From: Longimicrobiales bacterium
GTDB lineage: Bacteria; Gemmatimonadota; Gemmatimonadetes; Longimicrobiales; Gaopeijiaceae
DNA length: 64,000 nt
Reading direction: 5' to 3'
NCBI GenBank assembly: GCA_965238005.1
Contig: OZ250165.1
Span: forward strand, 3,456,001 to 3,520,000
In this document: positions 1-7,810 of the stretch, one piece after another
Layout: each line of letters starts with the position of its first letter
How positions within the stretch are numbered: the stretch's first letter is position 1
Translations under genes and position numbers: made by a program
The notes under the pieces: model-generated
Told to the model about the DNA's origin: nothing
Database searches by the model: none
Seen by the model: only the letters and a program-made list of their open reading frames with translations

Positions 1-166
1 CGCAGAGGTAGAGTGTGCGAGCGTGAAGGTCGATGCCACAGTAGTATCGATGCTGGCCCGTGTATGAGCGCATGGTTCCCCTCCTGGGTTGGTTGAATCG
101 AAGTGTCATGCTCTGATTCTTCCGTCCTCTCTTCGAGAGGTCCAGGAGGGGGCCTGCATGAGTATC
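1..166 (-). mobile_element. IS110-family element (transposase N-terminus plus ~93 nt upstream end), inserted in an attC site; continues beyond the window start
   Basis: ATG at 73 (-) with AGGAGGGG RBS gives MRSYTGQHRYYCGIDLHARTLYLC, the DEDD/IS110 N-terminal GIDLH motif. The end ...GGCCTGCATGAGTATC abuts the attC arm AAGCAGTTGCTGCTG. Confidence 0.85.
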
Positions 167-274
167 AAGCAGTTGCTGCTGTCGCGGTAGGCGGATGGGT
201 CCGGAGCACTCGCCTCGCAGCTCGCGCTCCGGGTGGACATGGTGGCGCGCAGCAGAACTGCAAAGTCGTTAGGA
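167..274 (+). repeat. attC site 1 (R'' box separated by the IS110 insertion)
   Basis: GCAGTT(G)CTGCTG pairs with CAGCAGAACTGC with one extrahelical G; ends in core GTTAGGA at 268-274. Confidence 0.85.
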
Positions 275-302
275 AGCGGAGATCCAAGCGAACTGAGCCT
301 GG

Positions 303-1136
303 TCAGTCAGACCCGTCTTCCGACGACCACACGACGCGAAAGCCGATGTGGTTCCAGCGGTAGTCCGTGGCGAGATCATTGGTGACGGCTGCGGCTCTAA
401 GGAAGAAGGCCGGATGCAGGAACGAGCCGCCCTTGAGCTTGAGCGCGTCATGGTTCACGGGGTGCCTATCTCGGTCGAACCAAACGGGCATCACCCACTC
501 TCGAACATTCCCTGCGAGGTCGTAAACGCCCTCAGGTGTCGCATCAGTGGGCCGGGTCATAACCTCGATGGTGCTTCTCGGGGGACACTCACGGTAGTGA
601 GAGCCTTCGCACGTCGGCGCCGAATCACCCCACGGGTACTCCCGTCGTTCCGCGCCTCTCGCGGCGTACTCCCACTCCACCTCTGTCGGTAGGCTGCCCC
701 CCAAAGACACGGCGTAGGCCATGGCTTCTCGCCAGGTGACGTTGACTACGGGATGCTGCCCCCACCCGGCCGGGAAATCGTGCGCAGGATCGAACCGACG
801 GTATTCCTCATTGGTGACCTCGTGCTCCTGCATCCAGAAGCTCTCTAACGTCCACCGTCCCATATCCTCCTCGACCTTGGAGTATGGGCTTCCGATTGGG
901 AACTCATCGGTCCAATCCTCACTGCCGGAAATAAACGGCCCGCCCTCTACCAATACCGCACGGTTCAACGGGTCCGCGGCCCCCTTTGGCGGCATCGACT
1001 GTGCCGCGGTGGCGGCTTGGCCTGCTGTGTCATTCGAACAACCCACCGAAAGCACGACGAGAAAGCCGCCAACGGCGACGCCCGTAGCCCGGATCACCCC
1101 TCCAAGCGAGGTCGACAACTCTATTGCCAGGCGCAT
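303..1136 (-). CDS. Formylglycine-generating enzyme (FGE-sulfatase/SUMF1) family protein, cassette gene in inverted orientation
   Basis: HEVTNEEY, HPVVNVTWREA, LPTEVEWEYAARG, YPWG, DLAGNVREW and IGFRV motifs; lipoprotein-like LSVGC. Start could be 1169. Confidence 0.88.
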   Translation of the reverse strand: MRLAIELSTSLGGVIRATGVAVGGFLVVLSVGCSNDTAGQAATAAQSMPPKGAADPLNRAVLVEGGPFISGSEDWTDEFPIGSPYSKVEEDMGRWTLESFWMQEHEVTNEEYRRFDPAHDFPAGWGQHPVVNVTWREAMAYAVSLGGSLPTEVEWEYAARGAERREYPWGDSAPTCEGSHYRECPPRSTIEVMTRPTDATPEGVYDLAGNVREWVMPVWFDRDRHPVNHDALKLKGGSFLHPAFFLRAAAVTNDLATDYRWNHIGFRVVWSSEDGSD

Positions 1137-1235
1137 GATCAATCCGGGATCAGGCTGCTGCGGACGCACGTAGACTACTCAAGAAACCTACGCCGGTGCT
1201 CGCAGGAAGCGACAGGTGTGTTCGAGCTCTCCGGT

Positions 1236-1330
1236 TCCTAACAAGGGTTTGAAGCTGTCCGGGTAGGCTGCTTAGGTCCGGAGCACTCGGCTTGCACCTC
1301 GCGCTCCGGGCGAACATGGTTGTCCGGTTG
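1236..1330 (+). repeat. attC site 2 (left arm; right arm eroded)
   Basis: TCCTAAC (1236-1242) is the exact reverse complement of GTTAGGA (268-274). The central GGTCCGGAGCACTCG...CTCGCGCTCCGGG is shared with attC1. Confidence 0.75.
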
Positions 1331-1435
1331 GCGGCCTTGGTAGTGAGTAGTGCCCGCCGGTCTGTGCATTCAGTGGCGACAATTCTCTTCGGACCCATAT
1401 TGGTCTGGGTGTTGGTATTGGCCACGACCTGGGCG

Positions 1436-1528
1436 TACTAGCGAGCGATTGCTGCAGTCGCGGTAGGCTTGGAAGGTCGCGAGCTGCGCTTGCGGTCCCC
1501 ATACTGGTGCGCAGCAAAGTCGTTAGGC
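1436..1528 (+). repeat. attC site 3
   Basis: TACTAGC-GAGCGATTGCTGCAGTCGCGGTAG...GCGCAGCAAAGTC-GTTAGGC. Confidence 0.7.
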
Positions 1529-1566
1529 GGCTCCTCGCGAGCGACCGGATCCGAAGGAGGACCTGC

Positions 1567-2202
1567 ATGAGCTCAGACGAGATACCCAGTATCGAGCCGA
1601 CGCCCGACGGGCCCTATCTGGTGAAGAACCTGCAGCACTTCTCCAACCGGAAGGGAGCCATCGAGGCCCGTGCCAGTGTGGCGCTGTGTCGCTGCGGCGG
1701 ATCGGCCAACAAGCCGTTCTGCGATGGGACGCATGCAAAGATTGGATTCTCCTCGGCCAAACTCGAAGGCCGTGTACCGGACAAGCGAGAAGCCTACGAG
1801 GCTGAAAAGATCACCATTCACGACGACCGGGGTATTTGCGCTCACGCTGGGCGTTGCACCGATGGACTCTCCTCGGTGTTCCGCCTGAAGCAGGAGCCCT
1901 GGATCGATCCGCAAGGGGCACTCCCGGAGGAGATCATCGAAACGATCCGGAGATGCCCGTCGGGAGCGCTCAGTTACACGGTCCATGGCGTGGAGCAGCG
2001 CGACCGGAAGGGCCCTGCGGCGATCTTCGTCTCCCTGAACGGCCCCTATGTGGTCACGGGTGGACCGCAGCTTCTCGACACGCCGCGCGGAGAAGGTGCT
2101 TCAACGGAGCATTTCACACTCTGCCGGTGCGGCGGCTCGAAGAACAAGCCGTTCTGTGACGGCTCGCACTGGTATAACAACTTCGATGACGACAAGAACT
2201 GA
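1567..2202 (+). CDS. CDGSH iron-sulfur domain protein (CDGSH - (4Fe-4S)-binding - CDGSH), cassette gene
   Basis: LCRCGGSANKPFCDGTH and LCRCGGSKNKPFCDGSH flank CAHAGRC...RCPSGAL; AAGGAGG RBS before ATG 1567. Confidence 0.92.
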   Translation: MSSDEIPSIEPTPDGPYLVKNLQHFSNRKGAIEARASVALCRCGGSANKPFCDGTHAKIGFSSAKLEGRVPDKREAYEAEKITIHDDRGICAHAGRCTDGLSSVFRLKQEPWIDPQGALPEEIIETIRRCPSGALSYTVHGVEQRDRKGPAAIFVSLNGPYVVTGGPQLLDTPRGEGASTEHFTLCRCGGSKNKPFCDGSHWYNNFDDDKN

Positions 2203-2225
2203 GCCAACGATTCGGGAAGGAGCCC

Positions 2226-2322
2226 GCCCAAGAAGCGATTGCTGCTGACGCAGTCAGCGTGAGGGTCGCGTGCTGCGCACGCGGGGGGTAATGTGGTGCG
2301 CAGAATCGCATATCTGTTAGAG
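2226..2322 (+). repeat. attC site 4
   Basis: CCGCCCAAG approximates the reverse complement of GTTAGGCGG (1522). GCGATT(G)CTGC pairs with GCAGAATCGC. Core GTTAGAG at 2316-2322. Confidence 0.8.
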
Positions 2323-2502
2323 AGCCCTCGTCAGGCGCCTGGCCCGAGGCTGGGTCCGCGATCGTATCCACGCGGCTACTGCTTCCTCATCGAGCTTGCC
2401 GGAAGCCAAGGCCAGCATTCTCTGAACTACTTCGTCTTCGGGGGCGATGAAGTCGAATCCGTTGAGGCCGAGAAAGATGACGGCCGCCAACAACGAGATC
2501 CG
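2317..2502 (-). pseudogene. C-terminal remnant of a Doc/Fic (death-on-curing) toxin inside a ~290 bp cassette
   Basis: Minus frame reads RISLLAAVIFLGLNGFDFIAPEDEVVQRMLALASGKLDEEAVAAWIRSR. No start codon and no HPFxDGNK motif. Confidence 0.7.
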
Positions 2503-2504
2503 CT

Positions 2505-2603
2505 CTCTAACGAGTGTTTGCTACTGTCGCGGTAACGCTGCGGGTCGCGCGCTACTCGCGCGCAGCCCAGATTGATGCGCATCAGAAGCCCGAGACGTTA
2601 GGC
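2505..2603 (+). repeat. attC site 5
   Basis: GCTCTCTAAC (2502-2511) is a 10/10 reverse complement of GTTAGAGAGC (2316-2325); ends in GTTAGGC at 2597-2603. Confidence 0.82.
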
Positions 2604-2631
2604 TGCACGAGCAACGTAAGATCGTGCGTCT

Positions 2632-3357
2632 TTGGGAAAAGAACCCTTGCAGAATTCCTCAGACCGTCAGCTCCGCCGAATCGGGGCCATTGCAGCCATG
2701 CTCGGCCCGCTGGTGCTGCTCGTTTCAACGCTTATGCATCCGCGTGAGGCCGACCCCAACGACGCAGTTGCAGCTTTCACAGAATATGCTGCCGATCGTC
2801 TTTGGGTAGGAACTCACCTTGGTCAATTCCTCGGGGTGGCGATTATCGTGGCGGCGTTAGTGATGCTTTCTCGCTCACTGGAGGAAGGAAAAGCCGCGGC
2901 CTGGTCGCGCATCGGCTTAGCCGGAGCAATCGCCACTCTTGCTTGCACAGCCGTCCTTCAGGCTGTCGATGGAGTGGCCCTCAAGTTCATGGTAGACCGA
3001 TGGGCTGCGGCGCCAGCGGAACAACAACCAACGATCTTTGAAGCTGCCTTTGGTGTTCGGCAAGTTGAGGCCGGGTTGGCGAGCCTGACGAGTTTGCTCT
3101 TCGGGATCACGGTAACAGCGTATGGTGTCGCCATGCTTCTTAGCCCGATCTACCCAGCTTGGGTTGGCCTCTTGGCGATAGTTGATGGGCTCGGGACCGC
3201 AGCTGGTGCCGTCGTCCTGGCCTACGCCGGGTTTTCGGAATTGATGATGACGATAAGCATGCCTGCCAACCTCCTCCTGCTGGTGTGGATGATCGTCGTT
3301 GGCGTTTTGATGTGGACTCGAGGCGGCAAAGAGCACGCGAGCAACAGTGGGGCCTAA
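2632..3357 (+). CDS. Multi-pass membrane protein (DUF4386-like), cassette gene
   Basis: About six hydrophobic helices. The TAA stop lies inside the attC R'' box GCCTAAC, which is typical of cassettes. Confidence 0.75.
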   Translation: MGKEPLQNSSDRQLRRIGAIAAMLGPLVLLVSTLMHPREADPNDAVAAFTEYAADRLWVGTHLGQFLGVAIIVAALVMLSRSLEEGKAAAWSRIGLAGAIATLACTAVLQAVDGVALKFMVDRWAAAPAEQQPTIFEAAFGVRQVEAGLASLTSLLFGITVTAYGVAMLLSPIYPAWVGLLAIVDGLGTAAGAVVLAYAGFSELMMTISMPANLLLLVWMIVVGVLMWTRGGKEHASNSGA

Positions 3358-3732
3358 CTTATCAAGAGCCCCGTGGATCGCCTTCATGTAGAGCCATGGC
3401 CGAGCACGAAGGGGATCTGCTCACGAGCACAGAGATCGGCGAGCCAGTACCAACAGAAGATGCACTCGCTGCCCACCACGAGGTCTGCACGGTGGGGCTT
3501 GAGGGCGCGAAGCAATGCCTCGCGCTCACAGCGCAGCCTCTTGTGCAGGCGTATCTTGCCCTGGGAGTCCAGGACGCAGAGGTAGAGCGTGCGAGCGTGA
3601 AGGTCGAAGATGCCACAGGAGGGGGCCTGCATGAGTATCAAGCGCTTGCTGCAGTCGCGGTAGCGTGGAGGGTCGCGCGCTTCGCTTGCGGTCTGCGTCT
3701 TAGGCGCGGAGCAGAATGGCGAGACGTTAGCT
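3352..3732 (+). repeat. attC site 6, split by a mini-IS110 directly after R''
   Basis: GCCTAAC (3352-3358, reverse complement of GTTAGGC 2597) | insertion | AAGCGCTTGCTGCAGTCGCGGTAG...GAGAC-GTTAGCT (3726-3732). Confidence 0.85.
3359..3639 (-). mobile_element. Internally deleted, non-autonomous IS110 derivative
   Basis: 3575-3639 matches 1-41 joined to 146-166. Encodes CGIFDLHARTLYLC...VGSECIFCWYWLADLC...FVLGH and MKAIHG. Confidence 0.85.
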
Positions 3733-3787
3733 GGACTCCGATAGGCTCTGAGAGGATGAGAGCGTTGGAGGCCGCCGCGAGCCGCCG

Positions 3788-4279
3788 TCAGTTTCGCTTT
3801 GTCGTGTCCGGTGAGAGCTCGCGGAGGCTGTCTTCCAGCTTCATGTACCAGGGATCGTCGACGCTGTCGCGTTGGAAGTAGAGTATGACCTCCCGCTCGT
3901 TGATCAGCGCGTTCAGGAGGAGCTTCACCTTCACGCGCAACTTCACCCGGGCCCGGAGCCCGCCCGAGTCGATCTCTGCGAAGACGACCTCGTAGTCCTT
4001 GATGTCCAGGGCCTCCGGTCTCACCGTGAAAAGGCGCTGGATAAGGAACGGAATATCGACGCTGTCGCGTATGTCGGGTGCGTGGTAGCTCGCCGCGCTC
4101 ACGAAATCCTTGAACTGGATGTCCTCCAGGAACGCAAGCGCCACGCGCCGAAGTGCGCCGCGATCCCCGCCGAGGGCCAGGCCCAGGGTTGAGAAGGCGC
4201 CCCCGGAGACGTGCGCTACGCCGAGGTAGCCTCCCAGGAGAAGGGCCAGCACCAACAGGGCGGTCACGGCCTTTTTCAT
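3788..4279 (-). CDS. Hypothetical membrane-anchored protein, co-translated with the ABC genes
   Basis: N-terminal hydrophobic anchor; ATGA overlap with the upstream permease. Confidence 0.75.
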   Translation of the reverse strand: MKKAVTALLVLALLLGGYLGVAHVSGGAFSTLGLALGGDRGALRRVALAFLEDIQFKDFVSAASYHAPDIRDSVDIPFLIQRLFTVRPEALDIKDYEVVFAEIDSGGLRARVKLRVKVKLLLNALINEREVILYFQRDSVDDPWYMKLEDSLRELSPDTTKRN

Positions 4280-5013
4280 GTCACGACCTCACGCCGGGGG
4301 AGCAGGGACGCCGTAGCGGCGGCGACGAGGACCGTGGACATGGCCAGCAGTACGACCAGAAATAGCGCAACCATGTGCCAGCGAGGCTCGAGGGCGGCGC
4401 TCTCCTCGAAGACGCGAAAGGCCCAGTGTACAGGCATCGCCCTTTCCACGGCGGCGACGACGTCGCTATAAAGATTATTGGGGATCGCCAGCTCGGAGAA
4501 CAGTATTTGGGGGAGGAGGAGAAGCGGCACCGCGAACACCGCCCGCTCCTGGGTCGTCGCCAGGGCGCTGACGAGGAGGCCGAGGCCGGTGCCCGCCAGC
4601 GAGGCACCGAAGAGTGCCAGAAGCTCCAGCGGCATGGGACCTCGGAGCTGGAGGTGCCACTCCACCGTCCCCTGCAACAGGACGACCTGAGCCGCGCCGA
4701 GGGCGGCCAGCACCCACACCTTGGAGGCGACGTAGGCGCCGGGGCGGAGGCCGAAGAGGCGCTCCCGCTCGAGGATGGCGCGCTCCTTTACGATTTCCCG
4801 GCAGGCGTTGATGCACCCGAACCAGACGGCCGCCAGGCAGAGCACGAAGTAGAGCGCGGGCGTGTCACGCTCGATGGACCCCCACACCACGGCGCACAGC
4901 CATCCGATGAGGGGGGCCTGCGCCAGAACCAGGACCAGGCCACCCATGTCGCCGAGCCAGCAGTCCCGGTAGCGGGCTGCCAGGATGTGCGACTGCCGGC
5001 GCGGCGTGCTCAC
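4276..5013 (-). CDS. ABC-2 type transporter permease
   Basis: REIVKERAILERERL, YVASK and PLLLLPQILFS motifs; six TM segments. Confidence 0.88.
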   Translation of the reverse strand: MSTPRRQSHILAARYRDCWLGDMGGLVLVLAQAPLIGWLCAVVWGSIERDTPALYFVLCLAAVWFGCINACREIVKERAILERERLFGLRPGAYVASKVWVLAALGAAQVVLLQGTVEWHLQLRGPMPLELLALFGASLAGTGLGLLVSALATTQERAVFAVPLLLLPQILFSELAIPNNLYSDVVAAVERAMPVHWAFRVFEESAALEPRWHMVALFLVVLLAMSTVLVAAATASLLPRREVVT

Positions 5014-5921
5014 GGAACCTCCGGGCTCCCCAGCCGAGCCTTCAGGCGGTCGAGGGCTTCGTCAGTGCTGGTCAGGCCTCTCTCCCCACTTGCTCGGGCG
5101 GCTTGCGAACGGGGTGCGGGCCCCGGGCGGCGGAGAAACGTCCGCTGGTCTGGGTCCGCGCTGGCGGTGAGGTGCCAGGCCGACGGCGATTGCTTCTCGA
5201 GCTGTCGGAAGAGTTCGGCGTACCGATCGACCCGGAAGTACGAGAGCGCTTTTCGGGGCGGCCCGAAGAAAGCGACGTATCCGCCCACCAGCACGCACAG
5301 TGCTTCGGCCCGCTCGATGCTCTCCATGGCGTGGGTGGCCACGAGGACGATCCGGCCGGTCCCCGCGACCTGGGACAGGAGTGCCATCGTACGCGCCTCG
5401 AGACCGGGGTCGAGACCCGAAGTCGGCTCGTCGAGGATGAGCAACGGCGGGCCGGTCAGGAGCTCGAGGGCCACTGACACGCGCTTTCTCTGGCCACCGG
5501 AGAGCTGGCGAATGCGGACTCCGGAGCGGTCACCAAGGTCGACCTGGTCGAGGACCTCCGCGATCCGGGACTGGCGCTCCTCCGCGCTCGTCCCCGGCAT
5601 GCGCAGCTCAGCGGCATAGGTCAGCTCGCGCCGCACGGTGAGCCCCCGGTGGAGCGTGTCATCTTGGGGCACATAGCCGACCGGGCCCAGCTTCGCCACG
5701 GGGAGCGGTCCCATCATCACGGACCCCTCGTCAGGATCCCGAAGGCCCAGGAGCGCCTTGATAAGCGTGCTCTTTCCCGCCCCCGACGGACCGATAAGCG
5801 CGCACATCTCCCCGGGGTGCAGCGTCAGGTCCACCATCTTGAGAATGCGGGTGCCGCCGGCAGACACACCCACGTTCTCCACGCGCAGGGGACCGGGGAG
5901 AAGGCTCGTCGTCGAGGCCAC
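5010..5921 (-). CDS. ABC transporter ATP-binding protein (ABCG-like)
   Basis: GPSGAGKST, YVPQDD, LSGGQRKRV, LDEPTSGLD and ATH motifs. Confidence 0.93.
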   Translation of the reverse strand: MASTTSLLPGPLRVENVGVSAGGTRILKMVDLTLHPGEMCALIGPSGAGKSTLIKALLGLRDPDEGSVMMGPLPVAKLGPVGYVPQDDTLHRGLTVRRELTYAAELRMPGTSAEERQSRIAEVLDQVDLGDRSGVRIRQLSGGQRKRVSVALELLTGPPLLILDEPTSGLDPGLEARTMALLSQVAGTGRIVLVATHAMESIERAEALCVLVGGYVAFFGPPRKALSYFRVDRYAELFRQLEKQSPSAWHLTASADPDQRTFLRRPGPAPRSQAARASGERGLTSTDEALDRLKARLGSPEVP

Positions 5922-6138
5922 GCGGGGCGGTTCCGGCTACGATGGGGACAGCGAGGCGCTCAACGCGATGTCCTCGTCGAGGGAAATGGAGGATGTCTCA
6001 ATTTCACGATGTGCCGCAACCCAACGAATTAGCAAGCGTGGCAATTTCATAGGGCTCGGGATCCGCTCGACGGCCGCTCGCGTGGGGCGAGCCCGCGCGA
6101 TCGGAAGGATGACTCCCTGGTCTTCTTGGACACAAACC

Positions 6139-6199
6139 ATCGTACGTATGTTCACGATGTAAAGATACGTACGCCTCTCCGGCGAGCAGCTCGGCGAGC
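6139..6199 (-). repeat. ~60 bp palindrome-containing segment, copy A (copy B at 52017-52075)
   Basis: ATCGTACGTAT..TCACGA..TAAAGATACGTA...GAGCA...GGCGAGC is shared by both copies. Confidence 0.7.
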
Positions 6200-6200
6200 T

Positions 6201-6250
6201 TCATGACAAGCGCTTGCTACCGTCGCGGTAGGCGTCGGGCTCGCTGGCGA
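6201..6250 (+). repeat. attC remnant 7 (left arm only)
   Basis: TCATGAC-AAGCGCTTGCTACCGTCGCGGTAGGCG matches the left arms of attC1, 3 and 6. Confidence 0.6.
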
Positions 6251-6254
6251 CGCG

Positions 6255-6560
6255 AGGGGGATGCCGTTTACCTCGGTGGTGCCGGTAAGGTGCGGATGTC
6301 CGGCGACGATCAGGTCCACATCGGCCGAATCCAGCTCACGAGCCATCGAGAGGATCTCTCCGCTGCAGCGATTTTCGTTGCAGGACCAACCCGCGTGAGC
6401 GGTGAGGATGGTGAGGTCGGGGCCTTCGGCGCGCACCTGCTCCGGCACGCCGTCGATCGCCGCCCTCCCGCGACCGAAGGCGAGGCCTGCGACGCGTGGA
6501 GCATATACGATGCGCTCGGCGCTAGACGTCATGAACCCAATGAAGGCCACGCGCAGCCCC
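6255..6560 (-). pseudogene. Fragment of a 5'-nucleotidase / metallophosphatase
   Basis: AFIGF...AHAG...C..GEI...ARELD..DVDLIVAGH...VNGIP; no intact start or end. Confidence 0.6.
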
Positions 6561-6619
6561 GAGAACTCCGTAATGTGATAGGGCCGTGCCGAATTGGGGG
6601 GGCAAACGCGCCGCGCATG

Positions 6620-6891
6620 GCCTAACCAGCGATCGCGGGCATCCTATGCGCTCAGCATCTCTGCCACGTCATTCCGCCTGGCACCAAGACGGAGCAGAGT
6701 CCGGATCATAAGGTTCACTGACACGCTCGGATGAGCCACCTCCATCAAGGGCAATTTGTCTGCCCCTCAGGCTCGCGCGCTTCGCTTGCCGTCGGCAGAT
6801 TGGACGAGCAGCAGAGCTTGAGGCACGCCGCGCGTGCCGGAGACGGCCGAGCGCCGCGAAGCGGGCGCGGGTCAATCGCGGGACGTTAGAC
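6620..6891 (+). repeat. attC remnant(s) 8
   Basis: GCCTAACCAGCGAT at 6620. TCGCGCGCTTCGCTTGC (as in attC6) and GCAGCAGAG at 6773-6816. AATCGCGGGAC-GTTAGAC at 6885-6891 precedes the next ORF. Confidence 0.55.
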
Positions 6892-6911
6892 GGCAGACAC
6901 GAAGAGGAAGC

Positions 6912-7514
6912 ATGCGACCTTGGTCCCGAGCCACTGTCGAGGAGTACCGCCGACTAACCCTTCGTGCTCACAGCCTCCTGGCCGATGTGCCTCTACACGA
7001 TGTCTGGCGAGTTGCCCTTCCGGGCGGGAGCCCCTCGTGCACCATGCAGGATGTTCGCTCCGTGTTGCACGCCGCGAGGAGGTCACAGCCTCTGAGCCCT
7101 CCGGTTCGTGCCCTCTTTGCCCTCCGCTGGTTGCTGGGGCGTTTGTTTCGATGGGATGGTCCTCTGTCGGAGCCAGAGGAGTGGTCTTTTCGAACGCGGC
7201 TCACCGAGGCTGATCGCCAGCAGTCGAGCGTGAAGCCGGGTACGCTCGATGGGCCGTTCGCCGTCCTGTACGTTCACGCGACGGAGGCAGTCAGTGAGAT
7301 CCGGAACGCGACGTTCCACGCCTTCCTAGTCTGGGCGCTGGAGCCAGCGCCGGATGGCTATCAGCTCTTCTGGGCGATTCACGTCCTCCCGGTCAGCGTC
7401 TGGACAAAGCCTTATCTGGCGCTGATCGATCCCTTCCGCCGCTGGTTGGTGTACCCGTCGTTGTTGCGCCGCATCCATGAAGCGTGGTCCCGCGAGTTCA
7501 AGTCTGCTGCCTAG
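6912..7514 (+). CDS. DUF2867-like domain protein, cassette gene
   Basis: LADVPLHDVW, LFALRWLLGRLFRWD, EIRNATFHA and YLALIDPFRRWLVYP. ATG lies 20 nt after GTTAGAC, with an RBS. Confidence 0.75.
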   Translation: MRPWSRATVEEYRRLTLRAHSLLADVPLHDVWRVALPGGSPSCTMQDVRSVLHAARRSQPLSPPVRALFALRWLLGRLFRWDGPLSEPEEWSFRTRLTEADRQQSSVKPGTLDGPFAVLYVHATEAVSEIRNATFHAFLVWALEPAPDGYQLFWAIHVLPVSVWTKPYLALIDPFRRWLVYPSLLRRIHEAWSREFKSAA

Positions 7515-7810
7515 TGTTCCGTTTCCGGAGTTCGCGAGCCACCAAGAGGGTCGGGGCGCCGTGGGATCAAGGCGGGACGACGCGGCGTAGCGCAAGCGGG
7601 CACCGCGCGAAGCGTAGTCGCAAGGAGTCCCAACGCCGAGCCCACGGATGCACCGTGTCCTCGACTGGCCGAGACACTTTGGTAACGGGACACTAGCAAG
7701 CGATCACTGCTGGCGCGGAGGACTCCCGAGTCGCACACTGCGTGGGCGGTCAGCTGCGAGGCGCGCAGCAGAGCCAGAGGCACGCATCGTGTGCCGGTGA
7801 CGACCGACCT
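7509..7810 (+). repeat. attC remnant 9, split by the MITE
   Basis: Removing the MITE restores GCCTAGC-AAGCGATCACTGCTGGCGCGG...GCGCGCAGCAGAG; no GTT core remains. Confidence 0.6.
7511..7696. mobile_element. MITE-like element with ~21 bp imperfect terminal inverted repeats, CTAG at both ends, inserted in an attC R'' box
   Basis: CTAGTGTTCCGTTTCCGGAGT versus reverse complement of the right end CTAGTGTCCCGTTACCAAAGT (17/21). Confidence 0.7.

Noticed and set aside
1348..1440. Possible second MITE (TAGTGCCCGCCGGTC ... GACCTGGGCGTACTA) before attC3
   Set aside because: Only 11/15 inverted match and no second copy; too weak to call.
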